From IMG/VR virus record IMGVR_UViG_3300043781_000019: a stretch of 20,000 nucleotides of DNA. One strand, given 5' to 3'. The notes beneath the pieces were generated by a model. That model saw nothing but the letters and a program-made list of their open reading frames with translations, was not told where the DNA came from and did no database searches. This document shows, piece after piece, positions 1 through 7,754 of this stretch; position 1 is the first letter of the stretch; each line of letters begins with the position of its first letter. The stretch is from an uncultured virus (IMG/VR IMGVR_UViG_3300043781_000019) (lineage: Duplodnaviria; Heunggongvirae; Uroviricota; Caudoviricetes; Herelleviridae). The translations under genes were made by a program, and so were the position numbers.

Positions 1-1010
1 TCCATTAATTCTGGATAGTCAATAAACAAAGCATCTGGGTAATGACCCCGCTTAAGTGCATACTGCTGAATTATCTTTTCAATACCAGCAGGGGAAATGG
101 TTTGGGGGTTTGATGTAACAATGTCAAGGTCTCCAATTAGTCCTTGCTTTTTAGCTTCATAAAAGGCCTTTAACTGCAACTTTATCTTAGCTTCATTAAT
201 ATTACCTTCTGAGTCTTTAATGTCACTCATTCCTTGATTTGAAACCATACGAAATTCTCGTGTTGCAAGACGACCAACTTTTTCTTCTAGGGCAACATAT
301 AAAACATTCTTCCTAGAATTAACGGCGTATCTTTTTGCAACATTAATCATAAAGTTACTTTTACCACGTCCAAAAGGTGCAATGATAAGGCCTAGCTCAC
401 CAGCAGCCAAGCCACCACCAAGCATGGTATCTAAATGTTGCCAGCCAAAAGGAATTGTTTTACTCCTAACATCCTTCATACTTGAGACAACGTTGTCAAT
501 ATCGTTTTCGTCAAAAAGAGATACCCAACCGGTAACTCCTGACATAGATCCAGCTGACATGGCATCATTAAGCCCACTCATGATTCTTTGGATAACTTCT
601 GGTGACCCCACATCTGGACTCTTAGATAACTCCCTTACCAAAACGGAAGTTGCCATTTGATTTCTAGACCAAGAATCTATCTGATCCTTTATCTCTTGGT
701 CATTAGCATAATTTTCCCTTTGCGAATAGCTAGATACCTCTTTAGCCTGTTCCATAAAGGTATCCACATTATCTGAGTTGTCTTTACGACCTCGCTTTAA
801 AAAATTAATTAATGCTGTCTGTAAGGCAGACACACTCATGGGATCACTATATTTTCGATAATGGTTTCTTATTTCAATAGCTACCTGCTTGTAGTCACCA
901 TACATTTCTTCTGTGCAAGGTATCTTGCCAAAAACATTAGATGCATAGTCAGGATCTGCTAATGCCCTATAAAGAACCTGCTTAACTAAAGGTGCATCTT
1001 CCTCTCTCAA
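1..1010 (-). CDS. DnaB-like (SF4) replicative DNA helicase, 3' end runs off the window
   Basis: Not in the ORF track. Manual translation from TTG at 1010 (TTGA overlap with the upstream stop at 1007-1009) gives MREEDAPLVKQVLYRALAD... In the same frame are Walker A GELGLIIAPFGRGKSNF (~350-405), an H1a-like NVLYVALEE and an H2-like LFIDYPEL near the window start. Confidence 0.9.
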   Translation of the reverse strand, partial: MREEDAPLVKQVLYRALADPDYASNVFGKIPCTEEMYGDYKQVAIEIRNHYRKYSDPMSVSALQTALINFLKRGRKDNSDNVDTFMEQAKEVSSYSQRENYANDQEIKDQIDSWSRNQMATSVLVRELSKSPDVGSPEVIQRIMSGLNDAMSAGSMSGVTGWVSLFDENDIDNVVSSMKDVRSKTIPFGWQHLDTMLGGGLAAGELGLIIAPFGRGKSNFMINVAKRYAVNSRKNVLYVALEEKVGRLATREFRMVSNQGMSDIKDSEGNINEAKIKLQLKAFYEAKKQGLIGDLDIVTSNPQTISPAGIEKIIQQYALKRGHYPDALFIDYPELM

Positions 1011-1729
1011 TTAAATCGTCCCTTCTCTTCTAACATTTTCCTAATGTTCTTTTGCTGACTACTTGGTATCTTAGTAAAAGGGCTGCTTTTAATCCTAAAG
1101 TTACTTCTAATAGCCTCAAGATAACTAGTAACACCCTTAGTTGATATAACAGGTTCTTGAATTGCCTGAATTGCTATTGGTATTGTAACGCCTTCTAACA
1201 ACTTACCAATCTTAATTGTCCAATAAGGGTTTAGCTCTAACCCGTATAAACTACTAGGAATCCAAGAGTTTTCCGCGTAAAGAATGGCTAAACTATATGC
1301 TATGCAAGGTAAGCTTACATATCTGTTACAAGGATCATATTTATTGGCCCTATCAATAGCTTGCTTAGCCAACTTAATAATCTTTGCATTCTTGATCATC
1401 TTAAGTGTTACCCTTCCATAAGACTCATTTACTTCTTTTATGTAAAAAATCTCGCTTACGTAAACTAGTATAGAGTATTCTGGCTCAGAGTTAGCTGTTA
1501 AGTACAGGTATACCTGCAATAGATCATAAAATGCTGTTCCTTGAATTGGGAAGTTAAGCTTACTTGGCCTCTTGGTATGATTAAACTTTTCATCGTTAGC
1601 TTGTAAAACCAAAAGCAATTTATAGGTTCCCACAAGGTCATCTATAGTGTAACCTTTATACCTAGCATATGTCAATAAGGGCGCAAGCTTAATCTCCAAC
1701 ACGCTTGATTTCAAATTCCTGCTCTTCAT
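1007..1729 (-). CDS. Hypothetical protein between the two helicases, possibly a replication accessory; true start uncertain
   Basis: 240-aa ORF filling the gap between the helicases, with its stop overlapping the DnaB-like start. It sits where phage K-like genomes carry a Rep-like/DNA-binding gene. No motif recognised with confidence. Confidence 0.7.
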   Translation of the reverse strand: MKSRNLKSSVLEIKLAPLLTYARYKGYTIDDLVGTYKLLLVLQANDEKFNHTKRPSKLNFPIQGTAFYDLLQVYLYLTANSEPEYSILVYVSEIFYIKEVNESYGRVTLKMIKNAKIIKLAKQAIDRANKYDPCNRYVSLPCIAYSLAILYAENSWIPSSLYGLELNPYWTIKIGKLLEGVTIPIAIQAIQEPVISTKGVTSYLEAIRSNFRIKSSPFTKIPSSQQKNIRKMLEEKGRFN

Positions 1730-3437
1730 ATATGTCTAACCGTTCCTGAGAGTGATTACGTAAAATCCTATTCGTATCATCATAGAAGTCAAATATTGTC
1801 GCCTTATTTTCCTTATTTTCCTTTTTACGTAGAACACGCCCAACTCTTTGAATAGCTTGTCGCATTGATTTACCACCAGCAGCCATAATAAGAACATCAA
1901 TGTTGGAAATATCAACACCCTCATCAAGAACAGAAGTAGCAATAAGAACTCTTGTATGACCAGTCTTTACTCGATTAAGCTCACTTTTTCTATCATCGTC
2001 CTCTTGAGTACCATTAATCACTTCATATGGAACACCTAGGTCTTGCAAATTATTTGATATGTTATCAGAATGTGCTATCTGAGACACGATGATTAAAGTC
2101 GTTTTGCCACTGTCATAACTTTGCTTAGCTAATCCTGCAATTAATGAGTTTCGGTATTCATTCTCAACAATACCTGCTTTATAAATATCTTGCCATTTTT
2201 TTAATCCTACAATATCACCAGGAGATTCAACGTTAGCCATAATAATAGTTGGCTTTGCTAGTAATCCCTCATCAATTAGCTTCTTTGCCTTAAGCTTAGC
2301 TATAATTCCCCCAAACACTCCCTGTAGTCTAGCCCATGTAAGCTTGTCATCTTGATCTATGGACCCCGATAGCCCGACTTTGTAAACAGCATTCCTACAG
2401 GATAGTAGCACATTGTACCAAGTATCAGCACGAGAATGGTGGCATTCGTCTGCTATAAACATAACAAAGGAATCAAGTAGATCCTCTATAAACTTCTTCT
2501 TGTCTACCTTTTCTTTAGCTTTTTTATAAACAATTTTATTATACTCTTCAAGTTTCTGGTTAAAGGCCCTTACAACATCCTCATTAGAGCCACAAGAGTA
2601 TAAAATGTCTTCAAGGGTTTCCTTTGTTTTATAATCAACTTTCTTAATAGGTCTAAACATTCTAACAAATGACTTTAGCTCTGCATATGGGTTAACTGTA
2701 TGTATAAACTTTTCCCTGTAGTCTATTGCCATCTTCTGAATTTGACGTTCCTTAGGCGAATAGCTAAGCCCCTTTGTTGGCTCAATTTTAAGATAAGAGT
2801 CAACAGTTGGTATCATGCACACCATAACCTTAGCTATTTTCTTCTTACCCCCACCTAAGTAACCAATCTTCATGCCTAGCAGTTTCTCTAAGTTTTCCTT
2901 ATTCTGCCTAAAAATTTCTTTATTATTAGTAAACATTGCAATTCGTTCATCAGACTTAAGACTTGGCAAAAGAGCCTTAATTGCTGCTGCGCCTACACCA
3001 GTTTTACCAGTTCCTGTGCCATAATTAACAATACCACCATGTCCACTTGAAAATATCTTGTTAACAGCATTCTCTTGATAGTCACGCAGTTTAAACTTAC
3101 CTTTTTCAAGCGTGTAAGCATCCCTTATGTTTTCCTCATTAGCAAAAGAATCTGGACGATTATCAACTACCTGATAAGTAAACTCCCACAAGAACCTAAC
3201 CTTATCCAAAACTAGTGTTGCACGATTAATCAATCCTGATGCAAAAGAATGACTTTTCTTGTCATAAAAGTGGGACTTTCCATCCCACCTACCGCTACGA
3301 ACTGATGGTGAAAACTGTGCCCCTGGAATATCTTCCGAAAGTTCATCATATAAATACTCGTCTATTCTATCCTTAAGTTTCTGTGGCTCTCCGTCAAACA
3401 CCACAGTAGCTATTGTGTTATCCTGAATTATTTTCAC
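1689..3437 (-). CDS. SF2 DExH-box DNA helicase (UvsW/type III Res-like)
   Basis: Q motif LRDYQ, Walker A GTGTGKT, Walker B FIADECHH, motif III GLSGS, motif V ATSVLDEGVDI and motif VI QRVGRVLR. The GTG start overlaps the upstream TGA. Confidence 0.95.
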   Translation of the reverse strand: MKIIQDNTIATVVFDGEPQKLKDRIDEYLYDELSEDIPGAQFSPSVRSGRWDGKSHFYDKKSHSFASGLINRATLVLDKVRFLWEFTYQVVDNRPDSFANEENIRDAYTLEKGKFKLRDYQENAVNKIFSSGHGGIVNYGTGTGKTGVGAAAIKALLPSLKSDERIAMFTNNKEIFRQNKENLEKLLGMKIGYLGGGKKKIAKVMVCMIPTVDSYLKIEPTKGLSYSPKERQIQKMAIDYREKFIHTVNPYAELKSFVRMFRPIKKVDYKTKETLEDILYSCGSNEDVVRAFNQKLEEYNKIVYKKAKEKVDKKKFIEDLLDSFVMFIADECHHSRADTWYNVLLSCRNAVYKVGLSGSIDQDDKLTWARLQGVFGGIIAKLKAKKLIDEGLLAKPTIIMANVESPGDIVGLKKWQDIYKAGIVENEYRNSLIAGLAKQSYDSGKTTLIIVSQIAHSDNISNNLQDLGVPYEVINGTQEDDDRKSELNRVKTGHTRVLIATSVLDEGVDISNIDVLIMAAGGKSMRQAIQRVGRVLRKKENKENKATIFDFYDDTNRILRNHSQERLDIYEEQEFEIKRVGD

Positions 3438-3625
3438 TTATTATCTAACCTTTTTAAAATTTTGTTTAGTAACTCATTGTTTTCCTTAACCAACTCAAAC
3501 AGTTTTTTAATACCGCCATTTTTTGACAGCTCATACAATTCCCTTTCTGATTTGTCACTCTCTGTTGGGATAAATACTTGAGCCACAGGAATACCTCGGC
3601 GTGTAATCTCTTCTTTTTTAGACAA
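3434..3625 (-). CDS. Small conserved Herelleviridae protein (63 aa) with a C-terminal coiled-coil tendency
   Basis: TTG start with RBS AGAGGTG and a GTGA overlap with the helicase start. The FIPT.....E.EL motif resembles, from memory, the ~50-aa gene that follows the large adsorption-associated protein in phage K-like viruses. Confidence 0.8.
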   Translation of the reverse strand: MSKKEEITRRGIPVAQVFIPTESDKSERELYELSKNGGIKKLFELVKENNELLNKILKRLDNK

Positions 3626-3661
3626 AAAATCACCTCTATGTTTATAGTAACACAGAGATGA
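3624..3661 (-). terminator. Putative intrinsic terminator / RBS-sequestering hairpin
   Basis: Minus strand reads TCATCTCTGTGTT-ACTATA-AACATAGAGGTGA-TTTTTT: a 13-bp stem with 2 G-U pairs, a 6-nt loop and a U6 tail, just after the stop of the 1173-aa gene. Confidence 0.7.
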
Positions 3662-3672
3662 AATTAATGCAA
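3644..3672 (-). promoter_or_regulatory. Putative sigmaA-type promoter for the replication genes
   Basis: TTGCAT (3672-3667), a 17-nt spacer and TACTAT (3649-3644) with an extended -10 TG (TGtTACTAT). Confidence 0.7.
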
Positions 3673-6600
3673 CTATTCATTTGTTAAAGCAACAGTTACT
3701 TGATCCACAGAAGGCCTTTGATACGGATTAGCTGTAGTAAGCTTAAAATGAAGCTTAAACGACTTCTGTGTTGAACTAAGGGTTTCTGTATAGTGTACGT
3801 TAGTCCATTCAGTTGAAACCTGTGTTGTCGTTGGGGTAGACTTGAAGTTAATCCAAGTAGCTCCCTTATCCAAGGAATATTGGGGAACAACGGCAGATTG
3901 TCCAGGCAGGTTAACAGGATAGTCTAGCGAAATTGTATTAAATGGTGAAGCGTCCATTGGAACGTTAACGGATACATAATCTCCCCTGAGACCCGTTGTA
4001 AATGCGCCAAACTGTAAATCATCAAGTGACATTAAAGGCGAAATATATTCATTTGCTGTAAAAGTAGCACGAAGCTGAACAGCCTTTGCAACACCACCCG
4101 CATCAGTCTTAGTATAGCTTGAAAGCGCCTTGTATGGCTGACTTGTAATATCACCGGTAGAACCATCATACAAAATTCTATATTCCCATGTGCAGCCTGT
4201 GTTATCTGGTGTTAGATAACTTGCAAATAGTACAAACTCATCTAAGTTCAAGTTAACAAAAGGATCAAACTCCATCGTTGCTGTTGGGTTATACTTAGCT
4301 GCGTTTACTACAAACTTTAGGTCAGCCGATTGATCTGGGGTCCATGTCTGCCCATTAGAAGATAAGAATAATACCCCTTCTTGATATGGTTGACCAACTA
4401 CCTTAGTATTAGTCCCTATTAAATTACTACCGCTACGAGCAACAGCTAAGGTGTAGTCAGCTGATGATGATCCCACCACTATAACGTATGATGATCCTGG
4501 GGTTGTCATAACTGGGTCGTCAAAAGCAACTTTAGTAACTGCGCTAGCATCACTCGAAACGTTAACCTGAGCTGGTGTTAACACCTGTGTTGCATACACA
4601 ATGTTATTAGGCATACCGGTATCAGACATGCCCCTAACTGTTATGGTAACATTATTTTTAGTTGATTTAGAACCAAAATACAAGTATATGCTTGTTAGCT
4701 GACGTGCATCTAGCGTCTGGAAGGACTGGCCAAGTGGGTCAACTAAATGTGCTGTCACATATGTTTGAATAATTGTATCTGTTGTTACTTTATTAATGCC
4801 TTGAGCTACATAAGTAGTTTCTGCACTGCTACCATCACTGTCCAGAATGACAGCAACTTTACCACATAAAACATTATCTGGGATTTGGAATGACCCCTTA
4901 GCAACACCATTACTATCTGCCATAATAGAACCAGATACAGTAGATCCAGCATGGTATCCTTGAGCAGGCACTATACTAGTAATAATATTGTTAAATCTTA
5001 GAATCAGATTGTCTTGGTTAGGTTTTAACCCATTTGCCACAAACGTGATTGTTTGTTTTCGCATATACTGAATTTGCTGGTCAGTTGTTGTCGTACCACC
5101 TGACTGTGTAATAGTACCGTGCAAGTCGTTAAACTGATCACGACTAATGCCAATATTCCAATAAGCGATGCCTTCTGTTATAGCCTTTGAGGTGTCATCC
5201 CACTGAGTCTTTTGGTTATAGTAATTTTCACTAGCGTCTGCTGCTTTTCCTAAATCCTTGTGAACCCACCAACGGTCAGTATTATAGGTCTGATACTTGG
5301 TCTGGTATACCTGAGTATTGGTATTATCAACCCAATTGTCCGCACTAGGCGTGATGGTTAAAGACCCTTCCTCCTTACTGTTAGAGAAGGGAACAACACT
5401 CATAAATTCTGTTGCTTGCAACTGCTGTACGACTGGAAATTCAGTAAATGGTGCAGAAATTAATCTTCCCCAAACATGAGCAGTTGAACTATCACCAATA
5501 AGGTGAGCTTGGTGTGGGTCCTCTGCATCTCTAGGGAGTGTTATGCGACCATCATCAAAACTGAACATAACATTGGCTTTAAACCCGTCAGTTGCCGTCC
5601 CTCTGCTGTCATAGGATTCATCAAATCTATCCAAAGTAACAAAAGCATCTGTAAATACCCCACGCAGTGTCACAGGTGTATGGTTCTGGATAGTCTGATT
5701 GTCTAATGACATCTGCGCTTCATTATATTCTAGATTTTGAACTCTTGCAATTGTTTTTTGCATTTTTTCCATTGTTACGTTTGTAACAGCATCGGTTAAA
5801 ACGGAACCTGTGTCAGAATTAGGATACAACTTAGCAGCACCAATGCGTAACGTAAATGGATCATTAAACTCTGGTTCGCCTACTAAGTCAGCACGTGCTG
5901 GTTGTCCCTTATGAATAACAAAGTCGCCATCTTTATTAAGCGTAATAATATCTATTCGTGCCCAATAAATATCATAGTTAATAGTAATGTATCCTTGATC
6001 CTTTGGCACATATGCTGCTGTATTTCCACTTCCCTTAGCACCAGCAAAACTGATTGTAGAGATGCCATTAACATCTTTGCTTACTGTAGCTGTGTAGTCA
6101 ACACCGCCACCCGTTAGTACTTTATTATACGTTGCAGTAACAACATAGCTTGAGTTAACAGCTGGTTCCTGCCCTGTTGGGAAACTCCAGTCTACTGAAT
6201 TACCAGACACTCTGTAATCAGTACCTTCAGCAAAGGTTCTTCCACTTGTACCTTCTGTATAGACCTTATCAACACTAATCAAGTTGTTAACAATAAAGTC
6301 TGTCCCGTCTTGGGAACCGTGCGTAATCGTAAAGTTCTGCTGAATCTGTGCAGATACCTGATTAACAGCCTTCACATTAGGAACAGCCAAACTATACACG
6401 TTTGTGCCCTTATGATATACATGCTGTTCAGACGTAATTGTTTCTGTCTCTGTTGACTTGTCAAGAGCTAACCTTGTTGGGTTAGGTTTGCTTACTTCGT
6501 AGCCTTGTACAAATGCAATACCAGGCTGAATATTAAGGGTCACTTTAGTTGTATCATCTGTATCTGGAGAGAGCGTCATAAGGAATCCAGTTTCCTTACC

Positions 6601-7194
6601 CGTTGTAGCGCCCACTCTATAGTTACCATTTGTTTCAAAAGTGCGCCTTGCCATAATATCTTGTACTTGTGATAACTGATTATTTAAATTCTGCCGATAT
6701 AGCACCGCATCTTTAAATGTGTAAATAGTCGCTGCGGTACTATCATTAACAGTCAAAACGACTGTCTCTTTAAGCCTATCTGCCCCTGATGATCCAGCAC
6801 TAGGTACATCTTGTGTGGGATCATTAAGCGAGCTATCATCAGAAGCTTTAACAATACTCTGTGAAATCTTAACCCCGACAGTCTCCATACCTGTTCCTGT
6901 TAAAGTTACTGTCTGTCCACTATAACTTCTAACCTTACCAGCTAGATAAACAGAACCAGAATTAACAGTTATGTTGTTGCCATCTTGTGTGTAGCCCATA
7001 CCCGATTGAATATCACCATCACGCATAACGCTGTCCCCTAAGGCACCAATATAGTGTCCTAAGGTTGACTGTAGCTCATTAAGCTCTCTCTGTTGTAATG
7101 GCCTGTCAGGATTGAACAGTAACATTGTCCAATCCTTAGTAGCGTCATACCTATCAAAGTATGGGGTTGTTGTTATATCTATTTCGTCTGCCAT
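3673..7194 (-). CDS. Large baseplate / adsorption-associated tail protein (DUF4815-like)
   Basis: The N-terminus PYFDRYD...LFNPDRPLQQRELNELQS is characteristic of this Herelleviridae family. It is 1173 aa, beta-rich and last in the baseplate cluster. Confidence 0.85.
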   Translation of the reverse strand: MADEIDITTTPYFDRYDATKDWTMLLFNPDRPLQQRELNELQSTLGHYIGALGDSVMRDGDIQSGMGYTQDGNNITVNSGSVYLAGKVRSYSGQTVTLTGTGMETVGVKISQSIVKASDDSSLNDPTQDVPSAGSSGADRLKETVVLTVNDSTAATIYTFKDAVLYRQNLNNQLSQVQDIMARRTFETNGNYRVGATTGKETGFLMTLSPDTDDTTKVTLNIQPGIAFVQGYEVSKPNPTRLALDKSTETETITSEQHVYHKGTNVYSLAVPNVKAVNQVSAQIQQNFTITHGSQDGTDFIVNNLISVDKVYTEGTSGRTFAEGTDYRVSGNSVDWSFPTGQEPAVNSSYVVTATYNKVLTGGGVDYTATVSKDVNGISTISFAGAKGSGNTAAYVPKDQGYITINYDIYWARIDIITLNKDGDFVIHKGQPARADLVGEPEFNDPFTLRIGAAKLYPNSDTGSVLTDAVTNVTMEKMQKTIARVQNLEYNEAQMSLDNQTIQNHTPVTLRGVFTDAFVTLDRFDESYDSRGTATDGFKANVMFSFDDGRITLPRDAEDPHQAHLIGDSSTAHVWGRLISAPFTEFPVVQQLQATEFMSVVPFSNSKEEGSLTITPSADNWVDNTNTQVYQTKYQTYNTDRWWVHKDLGKAADASENYYNQKTQWDDTSKAITEGIAYWNIGISRDQFNDLHGTITQSGGTTTTDQQIQYMRKQTITFVANGLKPNQDNLILRFNNIITSIVPAQGYHAGSTVSGSIMADSNGVAKGSFQIPDNVLCGKVAVILDSDGSSAETTYVAQGINKVTTDTIIQTYVTAHLVDPLGQSFQTLDARQLTSIYLYFGSKSTKNNVTITVRGMSDTGMPNNIVYATQVLTPAQVNVSSDASAVTKVAFDDPVMTTPGSSYVIVVGSSSADYTLAVARSGSNLIGTNTKVVGQPYQEGVLFLSSNGQTWTPDQSADLKFVVNAAKYNPTATMEFDPFVNLNLDEFVLFASYLTPDNTGCTWEYRILYDGSTGDITSQPYKALSSYTKTDAGGVAKAVQLRATFTANEYISPLMSLDDLQFGAFTTGLRGDYVSVNVPMDASPFNTISLDYPVNLPGQSAVVPQYSLDKGATWINFKSTPTTTQVSTEWTNVHYTETLSSTQKSFKLHFKLTTANPYQRPSVDQVTVALTNE

Positions 7195-7210
7195 TTATAT
7201 TGCCTTTCTT

Positions 7211-7753
7211 TTAAGCTTCTAAAGGAGCCAATGTGTATAATGCCCCAAGTTTTACCGAAGTTTCATCATCTAATGTGTTAACCGCCTTATTTGCATATGA
7301 AATAAGTATCCCTGTATTTGCTACATCAGTTGGTAAAATAACTGGTTTCGTTACCCCTTGCTTTGGTACAAGACCTACATTTACCCCTGTTGTTCGGTAA
7401 GAAACATTATCTGATCCTATATCTGATTTTGCAACTGTTGTCTCAAAGTATACATAAGTTGCTCCCTGTGAATAGGCATCTGCTTGCGCTACCCTAACAT
7501 AGGTGGCTTCTCCCCACACAATTGCATCGCTAGGCGCCGTTTCACCTTGCTGTAGTGGGCGGCATAATGTAGCTACCTTAACTTGAGCATAGGCAATCGG
7601 GTTAGCAATAGTGGATGCTGTAGGGTCTTCTGCTGGTGGGGTGTCATTACTATTCCACGTGGCTGCTTGCCCAATAGAAAAGTAAACTGAAGAATACTTT
7701 TGAACAAGGTCTAAAGCGAGTAGTGTTCTAGCTTTATTTGTTGTAATTGTCAT
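7211..7753 (-). CDS. Baseplate structural protein (wedge-associated)
   Basis: 180 aa. The VYFSIGQAATWNSNDTPPAEDP motif and its position match the ~173-aa baseplate gene of phage K-like viruses. Confidence 0.75.
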   Translation of the reverse strand: MTITTNKARTLLALDLVQKYSSVYFSIGQAATWNSNDTPPAEDPTASTIANPIAYAQVKVATLCRPLQQGETAPSDAIVWGEATYVRVAQADAYSQGATYVYFETTVAKSDIGSDNVSYRTTGVNVGLVPKQGVTKPVILPTDVANTGILISYANKAVNTLDDETSVKLGALYTLAPLEA

Positions 7754-7754
7754 T

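Noticed and set aside
2480..2790. ~100-aa basic helical insertion in the SF2 helicase before Walker B, considered as an intein or homing element
   Set aside because: No intein N-terminal block or His-Asn end, and no LAGLIDADG/HNH motif. Total length is as remembered for herellevirus homologues, so it is likely a native domain.
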